Notes: a model not told the origin generated them from the letters alone. Counted from the stretch's first letter, positions 49,791 through 62,721 are shown. The stretch is DNA of 64,000 bases from Felis catus (GCF_018350175.1 NC_058368.1:29080001-29144000), one strand, 5' to 3'. Numbers and translations are program-made.

Positions 49791-51659
49791 ATCCCTGTAC
49801 TCGAAGAGCTTACGGTCCAGTAGTGGTGAGGAGACAGACATGCATCCAAATACGGCCCCACCAGGTAAAGCACGATAAATGCAGCATGATAAGTGCTGTA
49901 AGGGGGCTCGATGTATATTTGGGGTGCATTAACTTCGCCAGAGGAACCCGGGAAGCACTTAGGGAGGGGTTGCAACCATAGCCGAGCCTTGAAAGGTTAG
50001 CGCTCCTGGGAGATCTGGACACAGTGTCATTGTTTGGCCGCTGAAATGGAATAATGTCAGCCTCATACCATTGGTGAGAAAATTAAACAACTCATGGTGT
50101 TTTTTCCACTTCAAGTTTTTCTGTCACAAATTTTCCTAAAGCTTTGATGCCTGCTAACATGCATGTGCTCATAAGTGAGAAGAAGTAAAAAAAGAATACG
50201 TAACCAATGAATATCCACAAAAGCCACCGTCAACCCTCAGTTCTCCATCTTGTTTTGTTTGTTGTTGTCAGGGGTTACCATTTCACATTATACAGATAAG
50301 ACAGTTATTATATCTGCTAGTAAAACGATTCCTTTTATGAAGTATAGAATTAAATAGCTGACAATGTTGCAGTGCTCTCGAAGTATTCTCTGACTCCAGG
50401 TGCCCCTCCCTGAGTTGAGCACCTGATGGAGTGCTGCGTGCTGCTGACTAACCTCTCCCCCCACCACAAAGACAGATGGAAGACGAGATGAGGGCATCTC
50501 AGAACCCACTGAATACAAGTCACCGTGGTGATAGTGACTGATGCACATCATGCTTGAAAGAGGCTGTGTTGGGTTCAGATTCCCTGGGGACTATAGGAGA
50601 ACGTGTGTAGTTGTGCCGTGACACATTCCTCAGGGTCTGCAGAGGGAGGCCTTTTGGCGAAGCTTAAAGGCAGACCCATAGGTGCATGGAGACAACCTGG
50701 AATCTCCATGTGCATGAATAGGCAGCTAGATTTGCCTATATAAGCTGCCATGTCGTTCTCAGATGTGGAATAAGTTGGACTGGTGCCATTAAAAGTTCAC
50801 TTTTGTCCCACATTCAAAACTCCCATTGTCTAGACTTTTGAGCCCAGGAAGAGAGCCAAGTTCACTAAATGGTGCCCAGAACTATGGCTGCTTCTACCCT
50901 TTAATTAGGAGAAGGCTGCTGAGCATAACTTCCCCAGTGCTCCTGGGGACTTCCTCTGTGCCAGTGGAGGTAACTATGGGGTAACTGAAATGGGCCTGAT
51001 ACAATCCTGGATTCTGAGGACCTTCTAGCCTGAGAGTCCTGAGCCATGGGGCACTGGTGCCTTGACAACCCTCCTAACTGTAGAGAAGGGAGGGTGTGAC
51101 CTGCCCGAGAGTGGCACCCATTCTCCCACTCTCCACTCAGGGCCCTCTGCCTCGCAAAACTCCACGCTGACAAGCCACAGAGCAGTGTGGGCTTTCCACT
51201 TAACAAACGCTGCATCTGGACTGTGTGGTCTCTACAGAAGGCAACTTATTGAATCAGAAATGTATATATTACACAACTTCTAACACACGGGAACCATCTC
51301 ATTTCCCTGCAGCAATTAAAGCACAGAAAACAACTCAGGCCCTTGTACGGTGCTTCTTGTCATTCTTAAGAAAGCAGAAAAGTACATAAAACTGGACAAG
51401 TTTGCCCTCCAGTGGGGAAACAGTGAACTAACCACATACTTCAATAGTTGTAGCCTTGAAACCACACGTAAGTGCGCAAACTGGTTAATAAGTATGTCAG
51501 AGAACACGGAGTGGGCTTAGCCTTGGCATGGCCCTCAGGGAACTGCTCTCTCGCTGAGCCGACAAGACTTTAAACACAAAGAGAGCCAGACCAATCCGTA
51601 AGATACATGACTACTGAGCATCACGACCAACAGGAAGCAGCATGATGCAAAATTGGAAG

Positions 51660-51820
51660 AAGTAGGTTTGAATCCTGCTCTGCTACTGAAAAGCTGTGTG
51701 GCCCTGGGAAAAGCTAGTATCCCTACTGGTTTTAGTGTCCTGTAAAATGAGGGTGATAATGCCTCTCCCACAGGGCAATTGTGAGGGTCAGATCAGTGAC
51801 AGCACTTAGTGACTGTAAGC
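51660..51820 (+). mobile_element. MIR
   Basis: ggtttgaatcctgctctgctact...gctgtgtggccctggg...ctgtaaaatgagggtgataat. Confidence 0.7.
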
Positions 51821-52054
51821 ATCTATCGACAACATTATGGGTACTTACTTTGTGCTCAGCTCTGGGTTTCATACTCTAGACAGACCAGCTAGGTGACCTT
51901 AAGGAGCTTAAAATCAAGCTAAATAAATAGAAAACCCAAAGAAGTCCACAACTGCTAACACACATAGCTGTCTTAAAAAGAGATTTGGAAAAGGCATCCC
52001 TCTGGATGGATAAATTGCCAAAAGATGCCCCTTTGGGAAGAACTGTTAGACAGA

Positions 52055-52192
52055 TGTCACTAGTATGGTAGCCACTAGCCACCTGTGGCCATTTAAATTT
52101 AAATTAAATAGAATTTAAGGTCCAGTTCCTCAGACACACTAACTGTAGTCCAAGTGCCACATGTGTCTAGAATTACCAAATTGGACATTGCA
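52055..52192 (-). mobile_element. MER3-like DNA transposon
   Basis: atggtagccactagccacctgtggccatttaaatttaaatt...cagttcctcag...ttggacattgcag. Confidence 0.75.
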
Positions 52193-52339
52193 GATTAGAC
52201 AGACAATAGAAGAGAGAGAAAGAGAGATAGAGAATAGGTAGAAACTGTTTTGAACTCATTGCTCCTATTTTGTTTTTTGTTTGGGGCTTGTCAGGGGGGT
52301 ATTTTTTTTTTGGTCTTCTCTTTCTCTGCCTTCTCTGGT

Positions 52340-52345
52340 TTTATT

Positions 52346-52380
<35 letters not shown>

Positions 52381-52575
52381 TTTGGTTTTATTTATTTGGG
52401 GGGAGGAGAGGCAGAGCATGGGAGGGGCAGAGAGAGAGAAACAGGATCCCAAGCAGGCTTCTCACTGTCAGCACAGGTCCCCAACGCAGGCCTCCATCCC
52501 ATGAACCTGCGAGATCGTGACTTAAGCCGAAATCAGGTGTCTGAAACTTTTCTGAGTGAGATACCCAGGTGCCCC
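52340..52575 (-). mobile_element. CanSINE with (TTTA)n tail
   Basis: TSD ctgccttct(c/t)tggtt. Confidence 0.9.
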
Positions 52576-52754
52576 TGCCTTCTTTGGTTATAATTGAGCA
52601 TTTTATATGGTTTCATTTTCTCTCCTTTCTTAGCACATTAATTATACATCTTTTACCATTTCTTTAGTGGTTGCCCTAGTGTTTGCAATATATATTTACA
52701 AGTAATTTAGCTTTCTGTTTTTAAAGGTTTTTATTTTTAGTTTTGGTGTATATA

Positions 52755-52945
52755 CATTATTTTTACATTTATTTATTTATCTTGAGAGAAAGAGAGAGTG
52801 TGTGTACATGTGCGAGCAGGGGAGGGGCAGACAGAAAGAGAGGGAGAGAGAGAATCCCAACCAGGCTCCTCACAGTTAGCACAGAGCCTGACACGGGCCT
52901 CAGTCTCACAAAGCAAGAGTTGGACACAACTGACTGAGGCACCTC
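52755..52945 (-). mobile_element. CanSINE with partly deleted head
   Basis: gagaatcccaaccaggctcc...agcacagagcctgacacggg. Confidence 0.85.
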
Positions 52946-52950
52946 TAAAG

Positions 52951-53217
52951 TTTTTATTTTATTTTATTTTATTTTATTTTATTTTATTTTATTTTACTTT
53001 ATTTTATTTTATTTTATTTTTTATTTTTTTCAATTATTTATTTTGAGAAAGAGAGAGCATGAGTCAGGGAGGAGCAGAGAGAGGGAGAGAAAGAATCCCA
53101 AGCAGGCTCTACACTGTCAGCATGGAACCTGATGGGGGCTTGAACTCATGAACCGTGAGATCACAATCTGAGACTAAGAGTCAGATGCTTAACCAACTGA
53201 GCCACCCAGGTGGTCCC
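52951..53217 (-). mobile_element. CanSINE with (TTTTA)n tail
   Basis: Typical head cttaaccaactgagccacccagg. Confidence 0.9.
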
Positions 53218-53219
53218 TA

Positions 53220-53740
53220 AGATTTTTACTTTAATTACAGTTAGTTAACATATAGTTACATTAGTTTCAAGTGTACAATACAGTGATTCAGCAATTCCAT
53301 ATGTCACTCTGTGTTCATTATGACAAGTGCACTCCTTAATCCCCTTCATCTATTTAACTCTTCTCCCAACCCTCTTCCCTCTGGTAACCACCAGTTCTAT
53401 ATAGTTAAGAGTCTGTTTCTTGACTTCTCTTTTTCCCCTTTGCTTGTTTTGTTTCTTAAATTCCACATGAGTGAAATCATGATACTTGTCTTTCTCTGAC
53501 TGACTTATTTTGCTTAGCATTATACTCTCTGGCTTCATCTGTGTTGTTGCAAATGGCAAGATTTCATTCTTTTTATGGCTGAATAATATTCCATTTTATA
53601 TGCATACCACTTCTTCTTCATCCATTCATCAATCACTGGACACCTGGGCTGCTACCATATCTTGGCTATTGTACATAATGCTGCTATAAACACAGGGTGC
53701 ATGTATCCCTTTGAATTCGTGTTTTTGTGTTCTTTGGGAT
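53220..53740 (-). mobile_element. Short 5'-truncated carnivore L1 3' end
   Basis: ttagtttcaagtgtacaatacagtgattca...gttgcaaatggcaagatttcattc; imperfect TSD aagtaatttagctttc / aactaatctaactttc. Confidence 0.85.
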
Positions 53741-54931
53741 AACTAATCTAACTTTCAAGTAACACTGTACCACTTCATGGGTAGTCCAGGTATTTTATAA
53801 GAAAGTATTCCCAATTACTCCCTCTTGTCTCATGTGACATTGTTGTCATTCATACCACTTATCCATATATTGTAGTCATCCAATATGTTATTGCTCTTAT
53901 TATGAAAAATTGTTATTGGTTAGATCAATTAAAGATAAGAATTAAGAAATAATAAGAAATAATTCAGGATAAGAAAAATAAAATACTGTATTTTACCTTC
54001 ATTTGTTCCATCTCTAATTCTCTTCCTCTCTTTATGTAATCTGAGTTTCTAAGATATCATTTTCCTTCTCTGAAGAATTTTAACATTTCATACAAGAAAG
54101 GTCTACTGGTGACAAGTTCCCTCAATTTTTGTTTGTCTGAAAAAGTCTTTATTTCTTCTCCACTTTTGAAGGATAATTTTGCTGCATACGGAATTCTTGG
54201 CTGGTGGGTTTTTTCTTTCAACACTTTAAATATTTCACTCCATTCTCCTCTGCTTGCATGTTTTCTAAAGGGACGTCTGATGAAATTTTTATCCTTGTTT
54301 TACAGATAAGGTAGGGTTTGTTTGTCTGTTTTCTCTGACTTCTTGTGAGATTTTCTCTTTTTTTTTTTTTTTTTTTTTTTACAGTTTGAATATTGTTTGG
54401 TTAAGTGTGGTTTTTTGGTATTTATCCCTCTTAGTATTCTCTGAGCTTCCTGGATCTGTTGGTTTGTTGTCTGTTATCAATTTTAGAAAATTCTTAAAAA
54501 GGGAAGTGAAAAGTTACAGATGTGGTAGATATTAATCCTACTTTATCAACAATCAATTAAAATGTGAATGATCTAAACATACCAAATAAAAAACACAAAC
54601 TATCAGAATGGGTTTATAAAAACAAGACCTTACTATTTGCCGTGTATTAGAAATCTACTTTAAATGTAAATACACAGATAGATTAAAAGGTAAGGGATGG
54701 AGAAAGATATACCATGCTAACACTAACTTAAAAAAAAAATCTGGAATAGCTACATTAATTTCAGACAAAATAGACCTCACATCAGGAAAAATTATTAGGG
54801 ATAAAGGAAACATCACATAATGATAAAGGGGGTAAATTCTCGAAGAAGACATACAAATCTTTAAGTGTGTGTGTACCTAACAACAAAGCATCAAAATACA
54901 TGAAACAAGAACTGATAGAAGTACAAGGAGC

Positions 54932-55145
54932 GGGGTGCCTGGGTGGCTCAGTCAGTTAAGTGTCCGACTTTGGCTCAGGTCATGATTTCCCAGTTTGTGA
55001 GTTGAGCCCCCGTCAGGTTCTGTGCTGACAGCTCAGAGCCTGAAGCCTACTTCCAATTCTCTGTCTCCCTCTCTCTCTGCCCCTCTCCTACTCATACTCT
55101 GACTCTCTCTCTAAAAAATAAGTAAACATTAAAAAAGAAAAAAAA
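54932..55145 (+). mobile_element. CanSINE (SINEC_Fc-like)
   Basis: Perfect 14-bp TSD AGAAGTACAAGGAG. Confidence 0.94.
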
Positions 55146-56039
55146 GAAGTACAAGGAGAAATAGACAAATCCACTATTACAGCTGGAGACTTCAACACCA
55201 CTCCATCAGTAATTGACAGATCCAGCAGCCAGAAAATCATATTGTAGTTGAATTGAACAGCATCATCAGTCAACTGGATCTGACATGTATAGATTACTTC
55301 ATCCAGCAACAGCAGAATACACATTCTTCTCAAGATGACATGGAATATTCACCAACATAGACCACATCCTGGGTCATAAAACAACTTTAATAAATGTAAA
55401 AGAATGAAATTCACACAAAACACACTCCCAGACTATTAAATTAGAAGTCAATAATAGAAAGATAGTTGAACAATCTCCAAATATTTGGAGACTAGCAAAA
55501 CACTTCTAAATAACACATGAGTCAAAGAGGAAGTCTCAAGCGAAATATGGAAGTATTTTGAGCTAAATGAAAATACAACTTATCAAAGTTTGTGGGATGC
55601 GGCAAAGCAGTACTTTGAGTGAAATTTATAGTACTAAATGCATATATTAGAAAAAAATCTAAAGCAAATAATCTAAGCTTCTGATAAAACTAGAAAAAGA
55701 GCAAAAAGAAAAAAATTCAAAGTAAGCAAAAAAACAAAAACAAGACATAATGAAAATTTGAGAAGTCAGTATCATTGAAAGCAGGAAATCAATGAAACCA
55801 AAAACTGGTTCTTTGAAAAAAGTCAATAAATTGATAAACTCTAACCAGGCTAACCAAGAAGGAGAGAAGACACAATAATACTAACATCAGAAATAAAATA
55901 GGGGCCATTACTACTGGTCTCATGGACATTAAAAGAATAATAAAGGAACATTATGAATAATTCTGTGCCCACAAATCTGATAAATTAGATGAAATGGACC
56001 AGTTCCTTAAAATAAGTAGATAGATGATAGAAAGATAAA

Positions 56040-56405
56040 GGACCCTGTGATTACATTTAGAGCCTACTCTAGTAGTCCAGAATTATCTTCCCATATCAAG
56101 ATCTTTAATTTTTTTTTAAGTTTATTTATCTATTCCGAGAGAGAAAGAGAGCGGGCGAGCTAGCAGGGGAGGGGCGGAGAGAGAGAATCCCAAGCAGGCT
56201 CTGCACTGGCAGCATAGAGCCCAACTCTGGGCTCAAACTCACAAACCGTGAGATCATAACCTGAGCCAAAACCAAGAGTCAAACGCCTAACTGACTGAGC
56301 CACCCAGGTGCTCCACCATCCCAAGATCGTTAATCACACCTACAGAGACTTTTTGCCATATAGACAGGTTTTGAGGTTTAGGGCATGGACATCTTTGGGC
56401 AGGGG
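56040..56405 (-). mobile_element. MLT1 LTR fragment interrupted by a CanSINE
   Basis: gaccctgtgattacatt...cccatatcaagatctttaa|SINE|tcacacctacagagactttttgccat...ggacatctttggg. Confidence 0.7.
56108..56313 (-). mobile_element. CanSINE
   Basis: Typical head and tail; TSD caagatc(t/g)ttaat. Confidence 0.92.
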
Positions 56406-56692
56406 AAGGGGGCTAACAGAAAAGGCATACTGAGAACTGAGTGGAGAATTTTTTAAATAGCTAAGTAAGAGACAGCCTACTGGGAAATCAAGAATGAACT
56501 CTGTGAGATTGGAGCCCACTAATCAGTCTATGATACTGGATGATCCTTGTCCGCAGTCTTGGTGTGGCTGAAGAACAAGCTGAATTCAACCAAGGATGGG
56601 ATTTTTTTCTTGGCCTATGGAATAGAAGAACAATGGAATGAGGAAGTTGTTGACAAGCGTTTTCAACTGATGGAACTATAAAAGCAAAGATA

Positions 56693-56925
56693 GGGGCGCC
56701 TGGGTGGCGCAGTCGGTTAAGCGTCCGACTTCAGCCGGGTCACTATCTTGCGGTCCATGAGTTCGAGCCCCGCGTCAGGCTCTGGGCTGATGGCTCAGAG
56801 CCTGGAGCCTGTTTCCGATTCTGTGTCTCCCTCTCTCTCTGCCCCTCCCCCGTTCATGCTCTGTCTCACTCTGTCCCAAAAATAAATAAACGTTGAAAAA
56901 AAAATTAAAAAATAAATAAATAAAT
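56693..56925 (+). mobile_element. Young CanSINE (SINEC_Fc2-like)
   Basis: ggggcgcctgggtggcgcagtcggttaagcgtccgac head; TSD ATAAAAGCAAAGATA. Confidence 0.95.
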
Positions 56926-58034
56926 AAAAGCAAAGATAGAAATGGGAAGTATTAAAGACTGGTGGTAAAAGTTATTTGGGAGAAAGTCATGAGAGGGTTA
57001 GATGAGGTGCAACAGCTATGGAGGAATAACCAAGTGAACACTTTAAAAGAAACGGAGATCAGAGTCAGCATGGATTTTGTAAGTTCTTTCAGAAGTGAAA
57101 GTTTCTACCAATGACAAGAAGTGGATATGGCCCGGGGATTGGTTAATTTGATGAGGATGAAGATGAAAATCACTGAAGCAAGGAGGACCAAGGAACTGAG
57201 AGGCAGGTGTTGAATGAGTGCACCAAATACATCCTAAAACCATCCAGAATTTCAGCATGATTGGAGAGAAGAGAAAGTCTGTGAGTCAGAGAGAGGACAA
57301 ATGACAGCAATAAGGAGGGGTCTAGGATAATACAGTCCAGTGGCATTCATCTCAAAGGAACATAGGGTTTTGTACAATAGTGGAAGAGTAATGGGCTGGA
57401 AGCAGTTGCTGTGAGTGAAGATAATGTGAACTGTCTCTCCAAGCACATGGTGAGAAAATAAACAGCACTCCAGTTGAAAGGGCTGCATAATGGAGATCTC
57501 AATTACAGTTGTCAGTTAAGGTTAAAAGATAAAGGGAAAGTGTTAAGAGCAGAGACAAGATGTGTAGAACTGTGTTGACCATGAGTGGAATACTTCCAGA
57601 AGATAAGTTGCAAAGAATACAAGGAAGAGACATAGAGGGAGGCTTGGCTAAGGAAGAGAAAACAGATGCGGATGAGAGTATGGGAGAGAACAAGCCAGAG
57701 GGATTTATGCCTTAAGTGGTCACTAAAAGACTGGCCACAGATCTGCCAAAAGTATTAGTCCTAGAAGATCCCTGGTGGATTAGAAGCAGCGTGAGGATAG
57801 GGGGATAGGCTTTCAGGCTTTCAGAATTCAGCGATAGCACAGATAGGATTTATTTTAAAGGTATTCCTGGCCTTTGATAATTAGAACTCCAGCTAGTCCT
57901 AAATCACCTGTGAGGTGTACTGACCATCTGGCTGTAGGTTCAGAGTTTCCCAAAAGCCAAAGGCAACATACAATCCAATTCAGGTGCCAACAAGACACTT
58001 TAGCTACTTAAAGATAAAAAATGTCCACTTGCCA

Positions 58035-60660
58035 ACCTTACCTTGATCCCACAACCAAAAACAACACTAAAAAGGAGAACTACAGACCAATTTCCCTGAT
58101 GAACATGGATGCAAAACTTCTCAACGAGATACTAGCAAACTGAATCCAACAACACATTAAAAGAATTATTCACCAAGATCAAGTGGGATTTATTCCTGGG
58201 CTGTAGGAATTGATTTATTCATAAATCAAGCAATGTGATACATAACATTAATAAAAGAAAGGATAAGAACCATATGGTCCTCTCAACTGATGCAGAAAAA
58301 GCATTTGACAAAATACAGCATCTTTCTTGATAAAAACCCTCAAGAAAGTAGAGATAGAAGGAACATAACCTCAAGATCATAAAGGCCATATATGAAAGAC
58401 CCACAGCTAACATCATCCTCAATGAGGAAAAAGTGAGAGCTTTCCCCTAAGGTCAGGAACATGTCAGGGATGTCCACTTTCACCACTGTTGTTCAACATA
58501 GTGTTTGAAGTCTTAACCTCAGCAATCAGACAACAAAAATAAATAAAAGGCATTCAAATCAGCAAAGAAGAAGTCAAACTTCCACTCTTCACAGATTACA
58601 TGATACTCTACATGGAAAACCCAAAAGACTCCATCAAAAAACTGCTGGAACTGATACTCAGCAAAGTTGCAGGATACAAAAATCAATTTACACAAATCTG
58701 TGGCATGTCTATACACCAATAATGAAGCAGCAGAAAGAGAAATCAAGGAATAGATCCCATTTACAATTGCACTGAAAACCATAAAATAGCTAGGAATAAA
58801 CTTAACCAAAGAGGTAAAAGATCTGTATGCCGAAAACTATGGAAAGCTTGTGAAAGAAATTGAAGAAGACACATAGAAATGGAAAAATATTCCATGCTCA
58901 TGGACTGGAAGAACAAATATTGTTAAAATGCCAATACTACCCAAAGCAATCTACATATTCAATGCAATTCCTATCAAAATAACAGCAGCATTCTTCACAG
59001 AGCCAGAACAAACAATTCTAAAACTTGTATGGAGCCAGAAAAGAACCCAAATAGCCAAATCAATCTTGAAGAAGAAAACCAAAGGCAGGAGGCATCACAA
59101 TCCCGGACTTCAAGCTGTATTACAAAGCTGTCATCATCAAGACAGTATGGTACTGGCACAAAAACAGACACTCAGATCAATGGAATGGAATAGAGAACCC
59201 AGAAATGGACCCACAAAGTATGGCCAACTAATCTTTGACAAAGCAGGAAAGAATATCCAATGGAAAAAAAGACAGTCTTGTCAGCAAATGATGTTGGGAA
59301 AACTGGACAGCAACATGCAGAAGAATGAACTTAGACCACTTTCTTACACCGTATCCAAAAATAAACTCAAAATGGATGAAAGACCTAAACGTAAGATAGG
59401 AAACCACCAAAATCCTAGAGGATAAAACAGGCAACAACCTCTCTGACCTTGGCCACGGCAACTTCTTACTAGACATGTCTCTCGAGAAAAGGGAAACAAA
59501 AGCAAGGACCTCATCAAGATAAAAAGCTTCTGAACAGCAAAGCAAACAATCAACAAGACTAAAAGGCCAGGAAAAGTTATTTGCAAATGACATATCAGAT
59601 AAAGGGTTAGTATCCAAACTCTATAAAGAACTTATCAAACTCAACACCCCCAAAACACAAATAATCCAGTGAAGAAATGGGCATAAGGCATGAAGGCATG
59701 AAGATGCTACCTCACACCTGTCAGAATGGCTAAAATTAACAACTCAGGAAACGAGATGCTGGTAAGGATGCAGAGAAAGGGAAACAGTTTTGCACTGCTG
59801 GTGGGAATGCAAACTGGTGCAGCCACTCTGGAAAACAGTAGGGAAGTTCCTCAAAAAATCAAAAATAGAACTACCCTGTGACCCAGCAATTGCACTAACA
59901 GGTATTTATCCAAAGGATACAAAAAATGTTGATTTAAAGGGGCACATGCACCCCAGTGTTTATAGCAGTACTATTGACAATAGCCAAATTATGGAAGGAG
60001 CCCAAATGTTCATTGACTAAAGAATGGATAAAGAAGATGTGGTGTATGTGTATGTATGTTTATATATATATATATATATAATGTTTATATATATATATAT
60101 AATGTGTATGTTTATATATATATATACAATGTGTATGTATGTTTATATATATATATAATGTGTATGTATGTTTATATATATATAATGTGTATGTATGTTT
60201 ATATATATATATAATGGAATATTGCTTGGCGATCAAAAAAAATGAAATCTTGCTATTTGCAACAACGTGGATGGAACTAGAGTGTATTATGCTAAGCGAA
60301 ATGAGTCAGTCAGAGAAAGATAAATATCATGTGATATCACTCATATGTGGAATTTAAGAAACAAAACAGATGAACATAGGGAAGGGAAGGAAAATTAAGG
60401 TAAAAAGAGGGAGGGAAAAAAAAGAGAGGGAGGCAAACCACAAGAGACTCTTAAATACAGAGAACAAACTGAGGGTTGCTGGAGGGTTCTTGGAGCGGCA
60501 GGGGGAAGAGCTAAATAGGTGATAGGTAACAAGGAGAGCATTGTTGGGATGAGCACTGGGTGTTATATGTAAGTGATAAATCACTACTCTACTCCTGAAA
60601 TCATTACTACACTGTATGTTAACTAAATTGGATTTAAATGAAATTTTAAAATAAAAAATG
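58035..60660 (+). mobile_element. 5'-truncated carnivore L1 (RT to 3'UTR), inactive
   Basis: aactacagaccaatttccctgatgaac..., ORF fragments [17 protein letters not shown] and [13 protein letters not shown], 3'UTR and A-rich end. Confidence 0.95.
60040..60215. repeat. Compound minisatellite [(AT)n AATGTGTATGTATGTTT]n inside L1
   Basis: About five to six imperfect ~20-30 nt units read directly. Confidence 0.9.
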
Positions 60661-61324
60661 TATTATTAGCAATCATCCTTTTCAGAAACAACCGTGAAAT
60701 CATTCCTACCCTTATTGAGTAAATCAACAAATAGGTACTGAATGCCTACTAGGTGGCTGGCATATATGCCAATTGCATAATTGTGAACAAGATGCTCACA
60801 GTGTCTCTGGAGGAGGTACATAAAAAACACTGAGCTGATAAATAGTGTAATGATGGGAGGTGCACAGTATTGTGGATGCATTTGGAGGGGGCACAAAACA
60901 CTTTTAGGGATTTAGGGATCAAAATCATGAATAGGAGTTAGTGTGGGAAAGATAGGGAAAGAAGGAGCTATGCACTTTCAGAAGAATGTGTTCTTTTTAT
61001 TTGTTTTTATGTCTCGTTCTGATCAGGTTGTTGGTTGTAACTGGTGGTTATGAATGCTTTCAGATCATTTGATCACATTTTCTGGATGCAATTTCCTGTC
61101 TGTCTTCTTCATTAAGCACTTCTTTCTCTGGGTCAAAACTAAATAGAATCAGTTTTTTAAAAATGTTCACTTTATTGCAGTAGTTATCCAAAAGTGCAAA
61201 ATCCCAAAGTACAGCTATAATACTAACAGAAATTTGTGTACTAGGACTAACAGCTACACATTCAGGGGAATGAGGTAGGTAGGGCTAAATAGGCATATGG
61301 TTAGTGATTCAAACAATTTTCTTT

Positions 61325-61524
61325 TCCTTTTTTTAATGTTTATTTATTTTTTGAGAGAGAGAGACAGATTGTGAGTGTGGTAGGGACAGAGAGAGAGGGA
61401 GACACAGAATCCGAAGCTGGCTCCAGGCTACAAGCTGTCAGCAGAGCCCAACATGGGCTCGAACTCACAAATCGTGAGATCATAACCTGAGCCCAAGTCA
61501 GCCACTTAACCGACTGAGCCATCC
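61325..61524 (-). mobile_element. CanSINE (SINEC_Fc-like)
   Basis: Typical body; TSD aaacaattt. Confidence 0.92.
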
Positions 61525-61669
61525 TTAAACAATTTTCTTTAATAAACAGCAGAGAACCAAATCTATTACTGAGACTATAGAAGTTGAAGCTATTTCACAG
61601 TTAAAAACTTATCAGACCTAACAATCTTCTTAGAGGACAGGGGTCAGTAGGCACTGAAATCTGTTATTC

Positions 61670-61899
61670 TTTTTTTTTTTTTTTTTAATGTTTATGCACT
61701 TTTGAGAGAGAGAGAGAGAGAGAGAGAGAGCAGAGAGGGGCAGAGAGAGAGGGAGATACAGCATAGACACAGCCTGAAGCAGGCTCCAGGCTCTGAGCTG
61801 TCAGCATAGAGCTCGACACCGGGCTCCAACTCAAGAACTGTGAGATCATGACCTGAGCTGAAGTTGTAGGCTTAACCAACTGAGCCACCCAGGTGCCCC
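61670..61899 (-). mobile_element. CanSINE (SINEC_Fc-like)
   Basis: TSD TGAAATCTGTTAT. Confidence 0.93.
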
Positions 61900-62019
61900 A
61901 TGAAATCTGTTATAATTCTTATACTAAGCTTCATAGTTACTTAAATCTACACTGTCCAAATGTTTTTATTCTATGACATATTAAAGAACTTAGAGACACA
62001 CTGACAATCAGTCCTTTAT

Positions 62020-62246
62020 TTTTTTTTTAATTTTTTTTTCAACGTTTTTTATTTTATTTTTGGGACAGAGAGAGACAGAGCATGAACGGGGGAGGGGCAG
62101 AAAGAGAGGGAGACACAGAATCGGAAACAGGCTCCAGGCTCTGAGCCATCAGCCCAGAGCCTGACACGGGGCTCGAACGCCCGGACCGCAAGATCGTGAC
62201 CTGGCTGAAGTCGGACGCTTAACCAACTGCGCCACCCAGGCGCCCC
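62020..62246 (-). mobile_element. Young CanSINE (SINEC_Fc2-like)
   Basis: Perfect 16-bp TSD GACAATCAGTCCTTTA; CpG-rich. Confidence 0.95.
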
Positions 62247-62644
62247 GACAATCAGTCCTTTAATAACAATTCTCACCTCAAGACCTGGAAGGAGCCTTTC
62301 TAGTTCTTCTGGAATGCTCTTTGCCCAAATATCTGATCTGCAAAGCCATTCAAACATCATCTCATTAGAAATGCCTTCTTAGTCCTTCCCACTTAAAAAC
62401 AGTAAGCCATTCTCAATCACTCTATTTGGTGTAGAGTTCTACATACATAATAGCTCAAGGGAATTGTACAATTTATGTTCAATAACTGCTCTCTACTTCT
62501 CTTTCTCTCAGCTTCAGTTTTTGAGGGGGAGAAATGTGTATTAAAACCTCTAACTATAATTGTTGATATTTCTATTTCTCCAGTTCACTGCTTTTGCTTG
62601 ATATAATGTAAGGGTATGTTAAGTGCATATAAGTTCAATAATAG

Positions 62645-62721
62645 ATACTTAGTATTTTTTTCCAGATAAAATTGACATATTAGTCTCAGGTGTACATGAT
62701 TCAAGATAGATATATACATTC

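Larger units (their letters stand above)
52243..56010. mobile_element. Old L1M (L1MC-like) with inverted ORF1/inter-ORF segment (minus 52243-54495) joined to sense ORF2 endonuclease segment (plus 54496-56010); several nested insertions
   Basis: Antisense ORF1-like ctctgagcttcctggatctg; sense ORF2-like gctggagacttcaacacc and cattcttctcaag...atagaccacatcctggg. Confidence 0.8.

Noticed and set aside
60040..60215. CRISPR-like repeat-spacer array
   Set aside because: Eukaryotic DNA; the spacers are only (AT)n of varying length and there are no cas genes.
4246..62360. Recurrent ORFs containing AQVMIS...SLEPASDSVSPSLSAPP
   Set aside because: Translations of CanSINE copies, not a gene family.
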